Assembly (NCBI GenBank): GCA_965217895.1
Contig: CBDCJV010000002.1
Span: 2,656,001 to 2,720,000, forward strand
DNA: 64,000 bases
Source of the DNA: Waterburya sp.
Lineage (GTDB): Bacteria; Cyanobacteriota; Cyanobacteriia; Cyanobacteriales; Xenococcaceae
Direction of reading: 5' to 3'
The position numbers and the translations under genes were made by a program. The notes below the pieces were generated by a model. That model had not been told where the DNA came from. It worked only from the letters and a program-made list of their open reading frames with translations, and did not search any database. Positions 17,175-27,782 of this stretch are shown in pieces (within the stretch, counting starts at the first letter, position 1; each line of letters starts with the position of its first letter).

Positions 17175-19880
17175 ATGGATATAATTCTGTGTCATCAAAC
17201 TGTAGATTTTGACGCTTTAGGTTCGGCAATTGGCTTATCTCGGCTCAAATTAGGAGCAAAAATTGTCCTGACTGGAGGCGCACATCCTACGGTGAAAAAC
17301 TTTCTGGCACTATATCGAGATGAATTTGACTTTGCCGAAATGCGAAGTATTAACAGTAAGGCGATCGCTGTTATTTATATTGTCGATACCCAAAAGAGCG
17401 ATCGCCTGGGTGCAGCAGCGGACTGGTTAAACCTGCCTAGCCTTAAGGGAATTGAAGTCTTCGATCATCATCTAGATACTAATTCTGATATTCGGGCAAC
17501 CGAGATTCACACTGAAGCAGTAGGGGCAATTACCACCTACATTACTGAATTATTGCAGGAGCAGAATGTTACTTTAACAACCTTTGAGGCAACGGCGATG
17601 GCGTTAGGAATTCATGTAGACACGGGAAGTTTAACCTTTGAACAAACTACTCCCCGTGATGCTAGAGCGATCGCTTGGCTGATGGAACAGGGCGCAAATG
17701 TGTCTATAATCGCTGAATATAATGAGCCAGGTTTATCTAACGAGCTACAGGATTTATTTAAAGAGGCTCTGAATGATCTAAAGCAAACATCTATGCATGG
17801 ATACACTGTGGCGACCGTACTGTTGCAGACTGACAAGTTTGTCAGCGGTTTGGCTACTTTAACAGCAAGATTAATCGATCTAACAGAAAGCGATGTTTTA
17901 TTGTTGGGTCATCAGTATCAAAGAAGTGATAGTCAAAAACTAGTAGTAATTGGGCGATCGCGTATACCCCAAACCAATCTCAATCAGCTTTTTACACCTT
18001 TTGGTGGTGGCGGTCATGGTCAAGCAGCCTCTATGTCTACCCAAACAGATGAGCCTGAGCAAGTATTTGAGCAATTATTAAACGAGCTACAGCAGCAGAT
18101 TCCCCAGCCGCCAACCGCCAGAGACATTATGTCTTCCCCTGTGCGGACTATTCGCCCTGATGTAACTATTGAACAGGCACAAAGAATCTTGTTTCGCTAT
18201 GGGCATTCAGGACTATCGGTAGTAGATGAAAGGGATAGTTTGGTAGGCATCATATCCCGCCGAGATCTGGATTTAGCCATTCATCACGGTTTCGATCATG
18301 CCCCTGTAAAAGGTTATATGAGCCGTAATCTTAAAACCATTACCCCAGATACCCCACTGCCTGAGATAGAGTCTTTGATGGTGACTTACGACGTGGGTAG
18401 ATTACCTGTATTAGAAAATGCTGAATTGATTGGCATTGTGACTCGTACCGATGTATTACGTCAGCTACACGATCAGCGTTCAGATAATCAAGCAGACCCA
18501 AGCGATCGCAAGAATCTAACTTCTCGTTTATTACCCACCCTGCAAAAACGTTTAGAACCTGCTATTTGGCAACTGCTACAGCAAGTAACCAGCGCAGCAC
18601 AGTCAAGAGGTTGGAATCTTTATTTAGTTGGCGGAGGAGTCAGGGACGTTTTATTAACTAGCGATAGTGAACCCTTGTTGTTACAAGATATTGATTTGGT
18701 AGTTGATGGCTATCATCGATCTGCCGACGATCGCGCTGGGGTAGAATTAGCCCAGACAATTCAGGCTATGTATACTAACGTGAGCGTATCTATACATGGA
18801 GAGTTTCAGACGGCAGCCTTGTCTTGGCATCAAGATCCCGCGTTGGGTAATCTTTTAATTGATATTGCTACTGCCCGCACCGAGTTTTATCCCTATCCCG
18901 CAGCCAACCCCCAGGTAGAAGCTAGCTCTATTCGTCAGGACTTGTATCGCCGAGATTTTACAATTAATGCCTTGGCTGTCAGGCTCACGCCTCCCAAACG
19001 GGGCGAATTTTCTCGTAAAGGCGACTTGTTGGACTTTTTTGGCGGTTTATTAGACTTGCGATCGCGCCAAATCCGCGTCCTTCATGCCAACAGCTTTATT
19101 GAAGATCCTACCCGTATTTATCGCGCTGTCAGGTTTGCGGTGCGTTTGGGTTTTACTATTGAGCCTCAGACGCAAGAGTATATTGAATATGCTCTTAAAA
19201 GTGGTGTCTATGAAAAACTGAGAATTGGCGATCGCCAAGCTCCTGCTTTAACCACCAGACTACGAGCCGAATTAAAATATATTCTGCAAGCTAACTACTG
19301 GAAACCTGCTTTAAAACTGCTGGCTAAGTTAAATGCCTTGAGCTGTTTACATCCAGATTTAAGCTTAACTCCAGCCTTAGAATGGGAAATACACTGCGTT
19401 TCTAAATGGTTATCATACCTAGAATCTCAATCTGTATGCCAACACTGGTTAATTAGGTTAGAAGCTTTGGTTGCTCACTTGCAACTAAATGACAGAATAA
19501 TAGTAGCAAATAATCTTCAGCTACCAAAAGATAGCTTACAACGATTACAGCAGTTGGAAGTATTAGAAACAAAAGTTACTGCTAAATTGAATAATTGCAG
19601 TTCTCCCAGTCAAATATATCAGACATTGCGTTCTTATAAAACTCCAGGATTGATTTTATTTGCTGCTAGAAGTAAGAAGCATATTCGTCGTTTGGTTTGG
19701 CAATATATCGCTGATTTATCCCAGATAAAACCACTATTAAATGGTCAAGACCTCAAGACCTTCGGTTTTAAACCAGGGCCATTATATAAACAAATTTTAG
19801 ATGATGTTTTAGCAGCTACTATTGATGGTAAAATAGGCGATCTCGCTACTGCCAAAGAGTACGTAAAAGCTAAATATTAG
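17175..19880 (+). CDS. DHH/CBS-domain tRNA nucleotidyltransferase (probable A-adding enzyme)
   Basis: DFDALGS, DHH, GGGGH, CBS pair, YLVGGGVRD, DIDLVV, DLYRRDFTINA, EDPTRIYRAVRF. Confidence 0.85.
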   Translation: MDIILCHQTVDFDALGSAIGLSRLKLGAKIVLTGGAHPTVKNFLALYRDEFDFAEMRSINSKAIAVIYIVDTQKSDRLGAAADWLNLPSLKGIEVFDHHLDTNSDIRATEIHTEAVGAITTYITELLQEQNVTLTTFEATAMALGIHVDTGSLTFEQTTPRDARAIAWLMEQGANVSIIAEYNEPGLSNELQDLFKEALNDLKQTSMHGYTVATVLLQTDKFVSGLATLTARLIDLTESDVLLLGHQYQRSDSQKLVVIGRSRIPQTNLNQLFTPFGGGGHGQAASMSTQTDEPEQVFEQLLNELQQQIPQPPTARDIMSSPVRTIRPDVTIEQAQRILFRYGHSGLSVVDERDSLVGIISRRDLDLAIHHGFDHAPVKGYMSRNLKTITPDTPLPEIESLMVTYDVGRLPVLENAELIGIVTRTDVLRQLHDQRSDNQADPSDRKNLTSRLLPTLQKRLEPAIWQLLQQVTSAAQSRGWNLYLVGGGVRDVLLTSDSEPLLLQDIDLVVDGYHRSADDRAGVELAQTIQAMYTNVSVSIHGEFQTAALSWHQDPALGNLLIDIATARTEFYPYPAANPQVEASSIRQDLYRRDFTINALAVRLTPPKRGEFSRKGDLLDFFGGLLDLRSRQIRVLHANSFIEDPTRIYRAVRFAVRLGFTIEPQTQEYIEYALKSGVYEKLRIGDRQAPALTTRLRAELKYILQANYWKPALKLLAKLNALSCLHPDLSLTPALEWEIHCVSKWLSYLESQSVCQHWLIRLEALVAHLQLNDRIIVANNLQLPKDSLQRLQQLEVLETKVTAKLNNCSSPSQIYQTLRSYKTPGLILFAARSKKHIRRLVWQYIADLSQIKPLLNGQDLKTFGFKPGPLYKQILDDVLAATIDGKIGDLATAKEYVKAKY

Positions 19881-20296
19881 TCAGGATAAATAACAGGATT
19901 ATTGTTTACTTTTAAAACTACATCTTGAAGATCGAAAGCAGTGCTTGTTTTATTAGTTGTACCAAGTTCTACTAAGAACAATTCTTCATAATCATTCAAA
20001 CCATTAAGCATAGTTTGAATCGAGTTTTGGGCATAAACTCCAGGTACATTAGGAACTGTATCTCTAGATCCTAATACTGTTTCGCTAGGTGTAGCCAAGC
20101 CACAGTTGGTAGTGTTATTAATCACGCTATATCTAAAAGTTAAATCTTTGACTGAGTTTACGGGTAATAAAACGCGCTCGTTTACCGTCATAGTTTTAAC
20201 AAGTGCTTGGTTTTGGTAAACATCAACTTTGACATTTAAAAAATCGCCAGCAGCACCACATTGAATTTGTGAGGCGAAGTATAGTAGTTCAATCAT
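19877..20296 (-). CDS. hypothetical protein
   Basis: 139-aa ORF, stop overlaps convergent gene by 4 nt; C-terminal FDLQDVVLKV. Confidence 0.65.
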   Translation of the reverse strand: MIELLYFASQIQCGAAGDFLNVKVDVYQNQALVKTMTVNERVLLPVNSVKDLTFRYSVINNTTNCGLATPSETVLGSRDTVPNVPGVYAQNSIQTMLNGLNDYEELFLVELGTTNKTSTAFDLQDVVLKVNNNPVIYPD

Positions 20297-20547
20297 AGTT
20301 ATTAAAATTGGTAAGTTTAAATGAGAGTAATTAATCTGTAATCAACAACTATTGCTTGCGCGCTTTTACGATTACTGTTTTGCTAGCTGTATTTGATTAA
20401 CTACAATAATTACCTATCTTTTTTGCTATTAGGTAAATCTATGATTAAGAATTAGTATACTTACGTAAAGTACTAATAAACTTTTGCCTTTTTCACTGCA
20501 ATTAATCGGTTTTTATACCAAATTGAAAAAAGGAAGTGACACATCCT

Positions 20548-20575
20548 GTAAGGGCAATTCTCAAATTGCTCTTAC
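20548..20575. repeat. REP-like palindrome (GTAG-type variant)
   Basis: GTAAGGGCAATT-ctca-AATTGCTCTTAC. Confidence 0.55.
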
Positions 20576-20724
20576 CCAAACATTAATTGAATTGTTATTA
20601 GTTAATCGAACAATTTGTTTTGAGTGAGATTGTTGATCGGGTAGATACAAAAGAGATCGCTCTGAGATAAATCATGGGACAGATGTTTTAAAATATTTTA
20701 TAAAGATTAAATTAACCTAAAATA

Positions 20725-21201
20725 ATGACTTCCACTTCGACAGAATCTACTAACAATAAATCAAAACCAACCTGGAAAATAAAGCTGCTATATGACGGAC
20801 AATGCCCCTTGTGTGTGCGGGAAGTAAACTTTCTAACCAAAAAAGATCGAGGCAGAGGAATTGTCAATTTTGTCGATATTGCCGATCTCAACTACAGTCC
20901 TCAAGACAATGCAGGAATAGACTTTGCCACGGCTATGGGCAGAATCCATGCAATTTTGCCTGATGGCACTGTAATCAAAAATGTTGAAGTATTTCAACGA
21001 GTTTATGAAGAGTTAGGTATTGGCTGGATCTACGCCCTAACCAAATTACCAATTTTAGGTGCGATCGCCAACTGGCTTTATGGTATTTGGGCAGACTGGC
21101 GACTAAAGCTTACAGGTAGACCAAATATTGATGCTGTAATTGCCCAAAGGCAAGAAAAATTAAAATTAAAGTCAAATTCAGACAGATGTAAGATAAATTA
21201 A
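20725..21201 (+). CDS. DCC-family thiol-disulfide oxidoreductase (DUF393)
   Basis: LLYDGQCPLC DxxCxxC motif, FVDI, MGRIHA. Confidence 0.85.
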   Translation: MTSTSTESTNNKSKPTWKIKLLYDGQCPLCVREVNFLTKKDRGRGIVNFVDIADLNYSPQDNAGIDFATAMGRIHAILPDGTVIKNVEVFQRVYEELGIGWIYALTKLPILGAIANWLYGIWADWRLKLTGRPNIDAVIAQRQEKLKLKSNSDRCKIN

Positions 21202-21316
21202 TGATTAATAAACTGGCAATCAGGCAATAATCATTGCTACATAACAAAAACGCTCGAAATAAAGTAGTTCGCGATGCTATTATCAATGTGCCAGTGATTA
21301 TTTTAAGGTAACAATT

Positions 21317-22915
21317 ATGGATCGAGCACCTATATCTCCAGTGGTGCTAGCTATCTTAGATGGTTGGGGTCATCGTGAATCAGCAGAGGCTAACGCTATT
21401 GTCTCTGCCCAGACACCAATATTTGATAGCTTGCAGGCTGCATATCCCCACACGCTAATCAATACATCTGGTAAAGATGTTGGTCTACCTAACGGTCAAA
21501 TGGGTAATTCGGAGGTGGGACATCTAAATTTGGGTGCAGGAAGAGTTGTTCCTCAAGAATTGGTTAGAATATCTGATGCCGTTGAAGATGGTTCAATCTT
21601 AGAAAATCAAGAATTAATTGCTGCCTGTACCAAAGCCAAGGCTGCGGGTGGAAAATTACATCTAATTGGTCTTTGCTCTGAAGGTGGAGTTCATTCCCAT
21701 CTTAAACATATTTTAGGGTTACTGAAATTAGCCAAGTCTAATAATGTCAAAGATGTCTGTATTCATGCTATTACCGACGGTAGAGATACCTACACTACCG
21801 AGGGAATCAAGGCACTAAGCAATATTCAAGACTTTATTAATCAGGTTGGCATCGGGCGCATAGTTACTATTAGTGGTCGTTATTTTGCCATGGATCGCGA
21901 TCGCCGTTGGGATCGGGTTCAGCAAGCTTACGAAATTATGACTGGGGACAACATTACCGATAATCGCTCTGTGTCCAAGATTTTAGAAAGTTTTTATGCC
22001 CAAGAAATTACCGATGAGTTTATTACACCTACTAGAATAGCCTCAGGCGCAGTTGAACCTGGGGATTCGGTAATCTTCTATAATTTTCGCCCAGACAGGG
22101 CAAGACAGCTAACCTATGCCTTTGTAAATGAGACTTTTGATGGCTTTACTAGAGAAAAAATAGACTCTTTATATTTTGTTACTTTTACTCAGTACGACGC
22201 TAATGCTCCTGTAGAAGTGGCTTTTAAGCCTCAAAACCTGACTAATATTTTAGGTGAAGTAATTGCCGATCATGGTTTACGTCAGTTTCGCACCTCAGAA
22301 ACCGAAAAATATCCCCACGTTACTTATTTCTTTAATGGCGGTTTAGAACAGCCTCTAGAAGGAGAAGACAGGGAGATGATTCAAAGCCCTATGGTTGCCA
22401 CCTATGACCGTGCGCCAGAGATGTCGGCAGTAGCAGTAACGGATGCAGTTTGTAACGCAGTCAAAAAACAGATTTACTCTTTAATTGTGGTCAACTATGC
22501 TAACCCAGATATGGTAGGACATACGGGTAACTTAGAAGCAGCAATTAAGGCGATCGAAACGGTAGATAAATGTTTGGGAAAATTAATTGAGACTGTTAAT
22601 CAAGCTGGTGGAACTCTCTTGATTACTGCCGATCACGGTAATGCTGAATATATGAAAGATCAGGCTGGTAATCCTTGGACGGCACATACCACCAATCCTG
22701 TTCCCTTTATCTTAGTTGAAGGCGAAGCCAGAAAAATAGTGGGACATGGGACTGAGGTACCGCTGAGAGAGGGTGGATGCCTAGCAGATGTTGCACCAAC
22801 CATCTTAGAAATATTGCAGCTAACTCAACCAGCAGAAATGACTGGCAGATCTTTGATTGAGTCAGCAGTTTACGAAGCTAGAAAAGAGCGCACTCCCATT
22901 CAAATATCAATGTGA
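21317..22915 (+). CDS. gpmI: 2,3-bisphosphoglycerate-independent phosphoglycerate mutase
   Basis: ILDGWG, GQMGNSEVGHLN, ETEKYPHVT, ANPDMVGHTG, TADHGNAE. Confidence 0.97.
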   Translation: MDRAPISPVVLAILDGWGHRESAEANAIVSAQTPIFDSLQAAYPHTLINTSGKDVGLPNGQMGNSEVGHLNLGAGRVVPQELVRISDAVEDGSILENQELIAACTKAKAAGGKLHLIGLCSEGGVHSHLKHILGLLKLAKSNNVKDVCIHAITDGRDTYTTEGIKALSNIQDFINQVGIGRIVTISGRYFAMDRDRRWDRVQQAYEIMTGDNITDNRSVSKILESFYAQEITDEFITPTRIASGAVEPGDSVIFYNFRPDRARQLTYAFVNETFDGFTREKIDSLYFVTFTQYDANAPVEVAFKPQNLTNILGEVIADHGLRQFRTSETEKYPHVTYFFNGGLEQPLEGEDREMIQSPMVATYDRAPEMSAVAVTDAVCNAVKKQIYSLIVVNYANPDMVGHTGNLEAAIKAIETVDKCLGKLIETVNQAGGTLLITADHGNAEYMKDQAGNPWTAHTTNPVPFILVEGEARKIVGHGTEVPLREGGCLADVAPTILEILQLTQPAEMTGRSLIESAVYEARKERTPIQISM

Positions 22916-23032
22916 TTAAAGCTATAAGCTACTCTCATAAATTGTGCTTAAGAAATCTAGTTGAATATAGCTCTGTTGGCAGCTTACAATGAGAATCTAC
23001 CAGCCTTAGATAAAAAATAAAAACTTAAATTA

Positions 23033-23263
23033 ATGAGTACTTATAAAATAGTTCAGATTATTTGGGCAGCTTGTGCCTTTCTAACAATTGTCTTAATTTT
23101 GTTGCACAGTCCAAAAGGAGATGGTTTAGGGGGAATTGGTGGACAATCTCAAATGTTTACCAGTACCAAAAGTGCTGAAAATGCTTTAAATCGTATTACC
23201 TGGGGTTTGGGTATTGCTTTTATAGCTTTAACTGTTGTCTTAAGCGCAGGTTGGTTAGGATAG
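23033..23263 (+). CDS. secG: preprotein translocase subunit SecG
   Basis: LLHSPKGDGLGGIGG, KSAENALNRITW; follows gpmI. Confidence 0.95.
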   Translation: MSTYKIVQIIWAACAFLTIVLILLHSPKGDGLGGIGGQSQMFTSTKSAENALNRITWGLGIAFIALTVVLSAGWLG

Positions 23264-23285
23264 TATCTTCGGGGAATAAAAGTTG

Positions 23286-24044
23286 ATGAATCATTGGCGA
23301 TCGCCTTTACCCAAGCTTAGCGTTTTAGCGATCGCTACTTTTGTTACTTTGATTTTTAGCATTCGCTGGCTCGATTCTCAAATCTCTTTCTCGGCTGATT
23401 TACCCCCTGCTGAAGTCCATTCTCTGCCTAAATCTTTAGCTAATTGGCAGGATCGAGCAAAAAGCGGTGACTATTTTCGCCAGATTAAGTCAACTCCCTT
23501 GGGCTATTTAGTTTGGTCTAAGTTTCCCGTTACGGTCTTTGTCGATAAGCCTCTTAAGGCAAATATCGCCAATACCGCAGCCGATCGGCGTTTTCAACAG
23601 TGGGTGATAGCGGTGCGTAAAGCGATCGCCGAGTGGAATGTCTATTTACCTTTAAAAGAAATAGCCGACTCAGAAAAAGCCGATATAGTTATCTGGCGAT
23701 CGCAACCAGACAGAGAAGCCAAATTAAATCCTGATACAGGACTTTTTGATATTCCCAGAGCAGTTACAGCCGAAACCAACTACAAATTTTATTTAAGACA
23801 AAAGCCTCGGTTTATCGATCATAAAATGATTATAGAGATCAGTCCTAGCTATACAGGGTTAGGTTTTTTAGCTACCGCACGCCATGAATTAGGTCATGCT
23901 TTAGGAATTTGGGGACATAGTTCAAATGAAAATGATGCGCTGTATTTTTCGCAAGTTAGCTATCCTCCTGCAATTTCTTCCAGAGATATTAATACCCTCA
24001 AAAAAATTTATCAGCAGCCAACCAAATTAGGTTGGAAAATTTAG
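23286..24044 (+). CDS. zinc metallopeptidase (matrixin-like)
   Basis: HELGHALGIWGHS HExxHxxGxxH-type motif; ISSRDINTL. Confidence 0.85.
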   Translation: MNHWRSPLPKLSVLAIATFVTLIFSIRWLDSQISFSADLPPAEVHSLPKSLANWQDRAKSGDYFRQIKSTPLGYLVWSKFPVTVFVDKPLKANIANTAADRRFQQWVIAVRKAIAEWNVYLPLKEIADSEKADIVIWRSQPDREAKLNPDTGLFDIPRAVTAETNYKFYLRQKPRFIDHKMIIEISPSYTGLGFLATARHELGHALGIWGHSSNENDALYFSQVSYPPAISSRDINTLKKIYQQPTKLGWKI

Positions 24045-24160
24045 CTATTAAACGCTCAATAAACTAAAAAGGCGTTGCTAAATCGGAGGCTGACAGCTAA
24101 TAGCCAAAAACCAGTTAATCAACAACGTAGTCTATCAAGCATGAAAACTGCTGTAAGAGG

Positions 24161-25846
24161 CTAAACTTTGTCATTGCTCACCTTAACGCGATCGCCATCT
24201 TGAAGATAAGCTGCACCCTCGATTACAATGCGATCGCCTGGCTGTAAACCTTCAATCACCTCTACTTTTTCACCAGAAAGAATCTCTCCCATTTTGACTG
24301 TCTGAGCTTTAACAGTATTATCAGACTGTAAGACAAAGGCAATTGCTTGGTTATCAGACTGGGGTAACAATGCCTCAATGGGGACAGCTTGCCCCCTACT
24401 CGTATTAGTGCTAATTGCTGCATTAAGAAACATTCCTGGCCTAAGATTTGTCCCGCTAGGCAAATCTACCTCTACAGTTGCCTGACGAGAGCTATCATCG
24501 ATTAAGGGATCGATTTCTCTTACTTTTCCAGTTAGGTCTAAATCTTGATTGGCATTGGAGCTGATCTGTACCAGTTGTCCTGGCTCGATTTTGCCAATTA
24601 AAGTTTCAGGTATTTGCAGCTTTAACTCCAAGCGTCCATTTTCAATGATGGAAAACAGCATCTGGGAAGCGGAAGTAATTTGTCCGACTTGGGCATCTCT
24701 AGAGGCAACAATACCGCTACTTGGAGCAACAACAGTAGTGTCTGCTAGCTGGGCTTCAATCCCCTCTAACCGTCCTTTTGCTTGGACTAGTTCAGCTTGT
24801 GCCTGAGCGATAGTTTGAGGGCGAGAACCAGCCTTTAACTGTGCTAGTGCCTGTTGTGCCTCCTGAAAATTAGCTTTAGCTCCAGCTAAATCTGATTTCG
24901 TAACCTGTTCTTGATTGAGAACTTGGTCAAAACTATCGCGAGTAATTGCTCCCTCTGACTGAAGATTTCGATTACGCTCAACTCTTGTCTGGACTAATTT
25001 TAGATCGGATTCAGCTTTGGCGATCGCCGATCTGGCATTATCTACCTTAGCTTGTGCTTGAGCTATTTCTTCGGTGCGTGTTCCTGCCTGTAACTCATCT
25101 AACCGAGCTTGAGCTTGGGCGAGCGAACCTTCTGCTTCTGCTTTCTGTGCCAAAATACTTCGATTATCAAGCTTAGCTAAGACCTGTCCTTGTTTAACGA
25201 CATCTCCCTTCTCTGCCAAAATTTCAACAATTTGTAAACCCTCTGCTTGGGACATGACGGGGGTTTTTTCATAAGCTGTTACCGTACCTGAGGCATTTAG
25301 ACGATTATCAATATCTGTAGTTGTAACTTTGGTTACAGTTACTGCTTGAGCAGGCGTAATAGATTTGGTGACATTAGCGGTTGGCTTTGAGTTATTAGAA
25401 GCAGTAGGAGCTAGAAATAGACGGGTTGCTCCTAGGGTCAACAACACTCCCAAACCAATTCCCAAAAATAAACCCTTTTTGCCCAGGAAAAAAGAATTAG
25501 AAGTAGAGTTACTAACTGTTGATAGGTTCGCAGAAAGATCGGTATTTACTTTAGCTATTTGTTGAGATTCAACTACATTTATTTTATTTAACGGAGTTGG
25601 TTTCGGTTTTTTTGTACTATCGGTGTAGTCTAAGAGACAAAATTCGCCGTCAATTTCCGTGATGTATATTGCTTTTTGCAGAGCAGTATCTGGTTTAACA
25701 GAGAAATTAGTTAGTTCAACAAAATCCTCCTCTAGAAACGCTTTATTAAGAGTAAGACTATCAAGACTGTCAAACAATTCGTCCGTTATAGGAGCATTTA
25801 TAGCAGTCGTAAATTCTTGACTATAGTTATTAGATTTCTGCTTCAC
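24161..25846 (-). CDS. efflux RND transporter periplasmic adaptor subunit
   Basis: TM anchor, lipoyl-like halves (GDVVKQGQVL; VVAPSSG), coiled coil, LRPGMF, GLQPGDRIV. Confidence 0.85.
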   Translation of the reverse strand: MKQKSNNYSQEFTTAINAPITDELFDSLDSLTLNKAFLEEDFVELTNFSVKPDTALQKAIYITEIDGEFCLLDYTDSTKKPKPTPLNKINVVESQQIAKVNTDLSANLSTVSNSTSNSFFLGKKGLFLGIGLGVLLTLGATRLFLAPTASNNSKPTANVTKSITPAQAVTVTKVTTTDIDNRLNASGTVTAYEKTPVMSQAEGLQIVEILAEKGDVVKQGQVLAKLDNRSILAQKAEAEGSLAQAQARLDELQAGTRTEEIAQAQAKVDNARSAIAKAESDLKLVQTRVERNRNLQSEGAITRDSFDQVLNQEQVTKSDLAGAKANFQEAQQALAQLKAGSRPQTIAQAQAELVQAKGRLEGIEAQLADTTVVAPSSGIVASRDAQVGQITSASQMLFSIIENGRLELKLQIPETLIGKIEPGQLVQISSNANQDLDLTGKVREIDPLIDDSSRQATVEVDLPSGTNLRPGMFLNAAISTNTSRGQAVPIEALLPQSDNQAIAFVLQSDNTVKAQTVKMGEILSGEKVEVIEGLQPGDRIVIEGAAYLQDGDRVKVSNDKV

Positions 25847-26101
25847 AATTTTTAAAAAAGTATATTTAAATTAACTAATACAATTATTTTGAGAACTGAA
25901 AATTTTTATTAAATAAAGGTTGAGCGATAGCATTTAAAAAATAGTCGGTGTTAATCTAAATAATATGGATAGGGCTTATTGCCCTGCTAAAAACAAGCGA
26001 GGATTTAAGAGACAATTTTTTTCTCCTGATTCTCGAGCGACATAAAATTTTTTCGTTGGCTCCACTGGGAGTTTTTCTTGCAGATCATAGGAGTCGAAAC
26101 T

Positions 26102-26386
26102 ATGGATTTCCCACTTAACTGTACAAGTACAAATCTCGAACAGGCTGCTTTAAATAAGTTTCGTTTTTTAGCATCTTTTTTACCCAAGGATAGCAAAATT
26201 TTTCGCGAGCCTTGGGGTCGCTCCACAGTCTTGTGTATTGATTTTGCAAATTGCCCTCATTTATCTAGTTTAGACGAAGAACAAGCCCATTTACTAACTA
26301 AGGCGATCGCTCAACTGGGTTTGGCTAATTCGGTTATTTTTCGTATTGGTAGTAAGATTGTGGGCTGGAAAAACATCAAGGGATAA
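26102..26386 (+). CDS. small hypothetical protein
   Basis: ATG 26102; FREPWGRSTVLCIDFANCP, LGLANSVIFR. Confidence 0.6.
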   Translation: MDFPLNCTSTNLEQAALNKFRFLASFLPKDSKIFREPWGRSTVLCIDFANCPHLSSLDEEQAHLLTKAIAQLGLANSVIFRIGSKIVGWKNIKG

Positions 26387-26390
26387 GACT

Positions 26391-26658
26391 AAACCGCATC
26401 CAGTTTGAAGTGCGGAAATGCTTGGGTTTCCCAAGCTAGCTGCGGCTAATCCCTTGCTTCCACGCACTTGTTGAAACCAGGAGTTTTTAAGTTAACTGTT
26501 CGTAAGTAGCAATTAGCAAGTAGAAAGTAGAAATTGTATCCTGCTGTTTGACCAACGGTCACAGCAGGCTCCGTCCGTTTAGGGCGGAGTAATCTGTGAC
26601 TAGCTCAATCTCCGATTCAAAAAATACGGTTTTCTATTTTTCTATGTAGACGGGGTTT
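26391..26658. mobile_element. MITE-like element, long copy, with internal hairpins
   Basis: Ends AAACCGCATCCAGTTTGA and TTTTCTATGTAGACGGGGTTT match both ends of 30988-31034 in reverse orientation. Confidence 0.65.
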
Positions 26659-26716
26659 ATAAGTATTTTTGGCATTGCTAATTTAAATCATGATAATGAT
26701 AGCGTTTTAGTAAACT

Positions 26717-27469
26717 TTAGTTATCTTCAAAAACCTGGTTTATAGCTGGTAAAGGCTTGTTATCGTCTTGTTCTAATGTCTTAGTTTCCTGCTGCTCAAC
26801 TTCTCTTGATTCCTCAATGTCTTTTTCTGACCGATCGTTTAGCGGATTTTTGAGGCGATCGCTCAATCTTCTCAGCACACCATTAATAAATCTAAATCCT
26901 TCTTCATCAGAATAGCGTTTAGCCAATTCTACTGACTCGTTGATAGCAACCTTTTCAGGAATTTCTAAATAAATTATTTCAGCTACAGCAATTCGCAAAA
27001 TATCTCGGTCAATTCTTGGTAAACGACTCAATTGCCAAGCTACCAGGACGTTTTCTATAGACTGCTCAATTTCATGACGATTATCATTAACCACCGTAAT
27101 TAACTCAATGGCATACTCCCTAACCTGTCCTTGATTAGTAAGCTGCAAAAATTCAGGAAACTCAACTGCCATTCCCAAACGATTGACTGCGGTTTGCGAG
27201 ACTTCTAAAGCCTCTTGAATCATAACCCTCGCACCATCTAAATCACTGGCGCGGGTTTCACTGTTAAGCAGACGATCTTCACCTCGTTTTAGTTCTGCTG
27301 AGGCAGCCTCAAGATTATCTTGAACTTCCATAGTCAAGGTGCGAATGGCAGCTAAAATTAAATAGTCTAAATCTTCTTCTGTAAGTTTGTTTTTTTTGCT
27401 TTTAACCTGACTGATGCTCAACAATGCCAATTCGCGAGCAATACTTCGGGGTTGTTTGCGGAGAGCCAT
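26717..27469 (-). CDS. nusB: transcription antitermination factor NusB
   Basis: [45 protein letters not shown]. Confidence 0.95.
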   Translation of the reverse strand: MALRKQPRSIARELALLSISQVKSKKNKLTEEDLDYLILAAIRTLTMEVQDNLEAASAELKRGEDRLLNSETRASDLDGARVMIQEALEVSQTAVNRLGMAVEFPEFLQLTNQGQVREYAIELITVVNDNRHEIEQSIENVLVAWQLSRLPRIDRDILRIAVAEIIYLEIPEKVAINESVELAKRYSDEEGFRFINGVLRRLSDRLKNPLNDRSEKDIEESREVEQQETKTLEQDDNKPLPAINQVFEDN

Positions 27470-27515
27470 ATTCTATCTAATGTGGATTACCAATGTTTCG
27501 ATACGCAGCTAATAT

Positions 27516-27722
27516 GTTGCCAGGGTTTCCCCGTTGCGAGACACCCTCAGCAGTCGCTCATGGGGGGAACCCCCGCCGCAAGCGTGGAATAAGCTGCTTG
27601 CGAAGCAGCATTTCCGCTTGCAAAGACCGCGCTGCTTCGCAAAACCGTTGCGGGTCTGTGACCCGTTGAGGTACCTGCGGGGAGTACCCCTTGGTTGTCG
27701 AGGGCGAGCAACTTTCGTAAGA
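27516..27722. repeat. nested GC-rich short dispersed repeats
   Basis: Concentric inverted repeats and units shared with 60500-60537. Confidence 0.7.
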
Positions 27723-27782
27723 ACTGTCGAAGGTGCTACTTAAGCATAGCGGTACTAGCAATAATATCTAGCTTAGTATTCT

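Noticed and set aside
17089..17229. N-terminal extension of the GNAT ORF
   Set aside because: Overlaps the divergent 17175 gene; ATG at 17088/17085 fits the family better.
27534..27761. ORFs 27534-27743 (+) and 27558-27761 (-)
   Set aside because: Arise from GC-rich palindromic repeats; no protein-like features.
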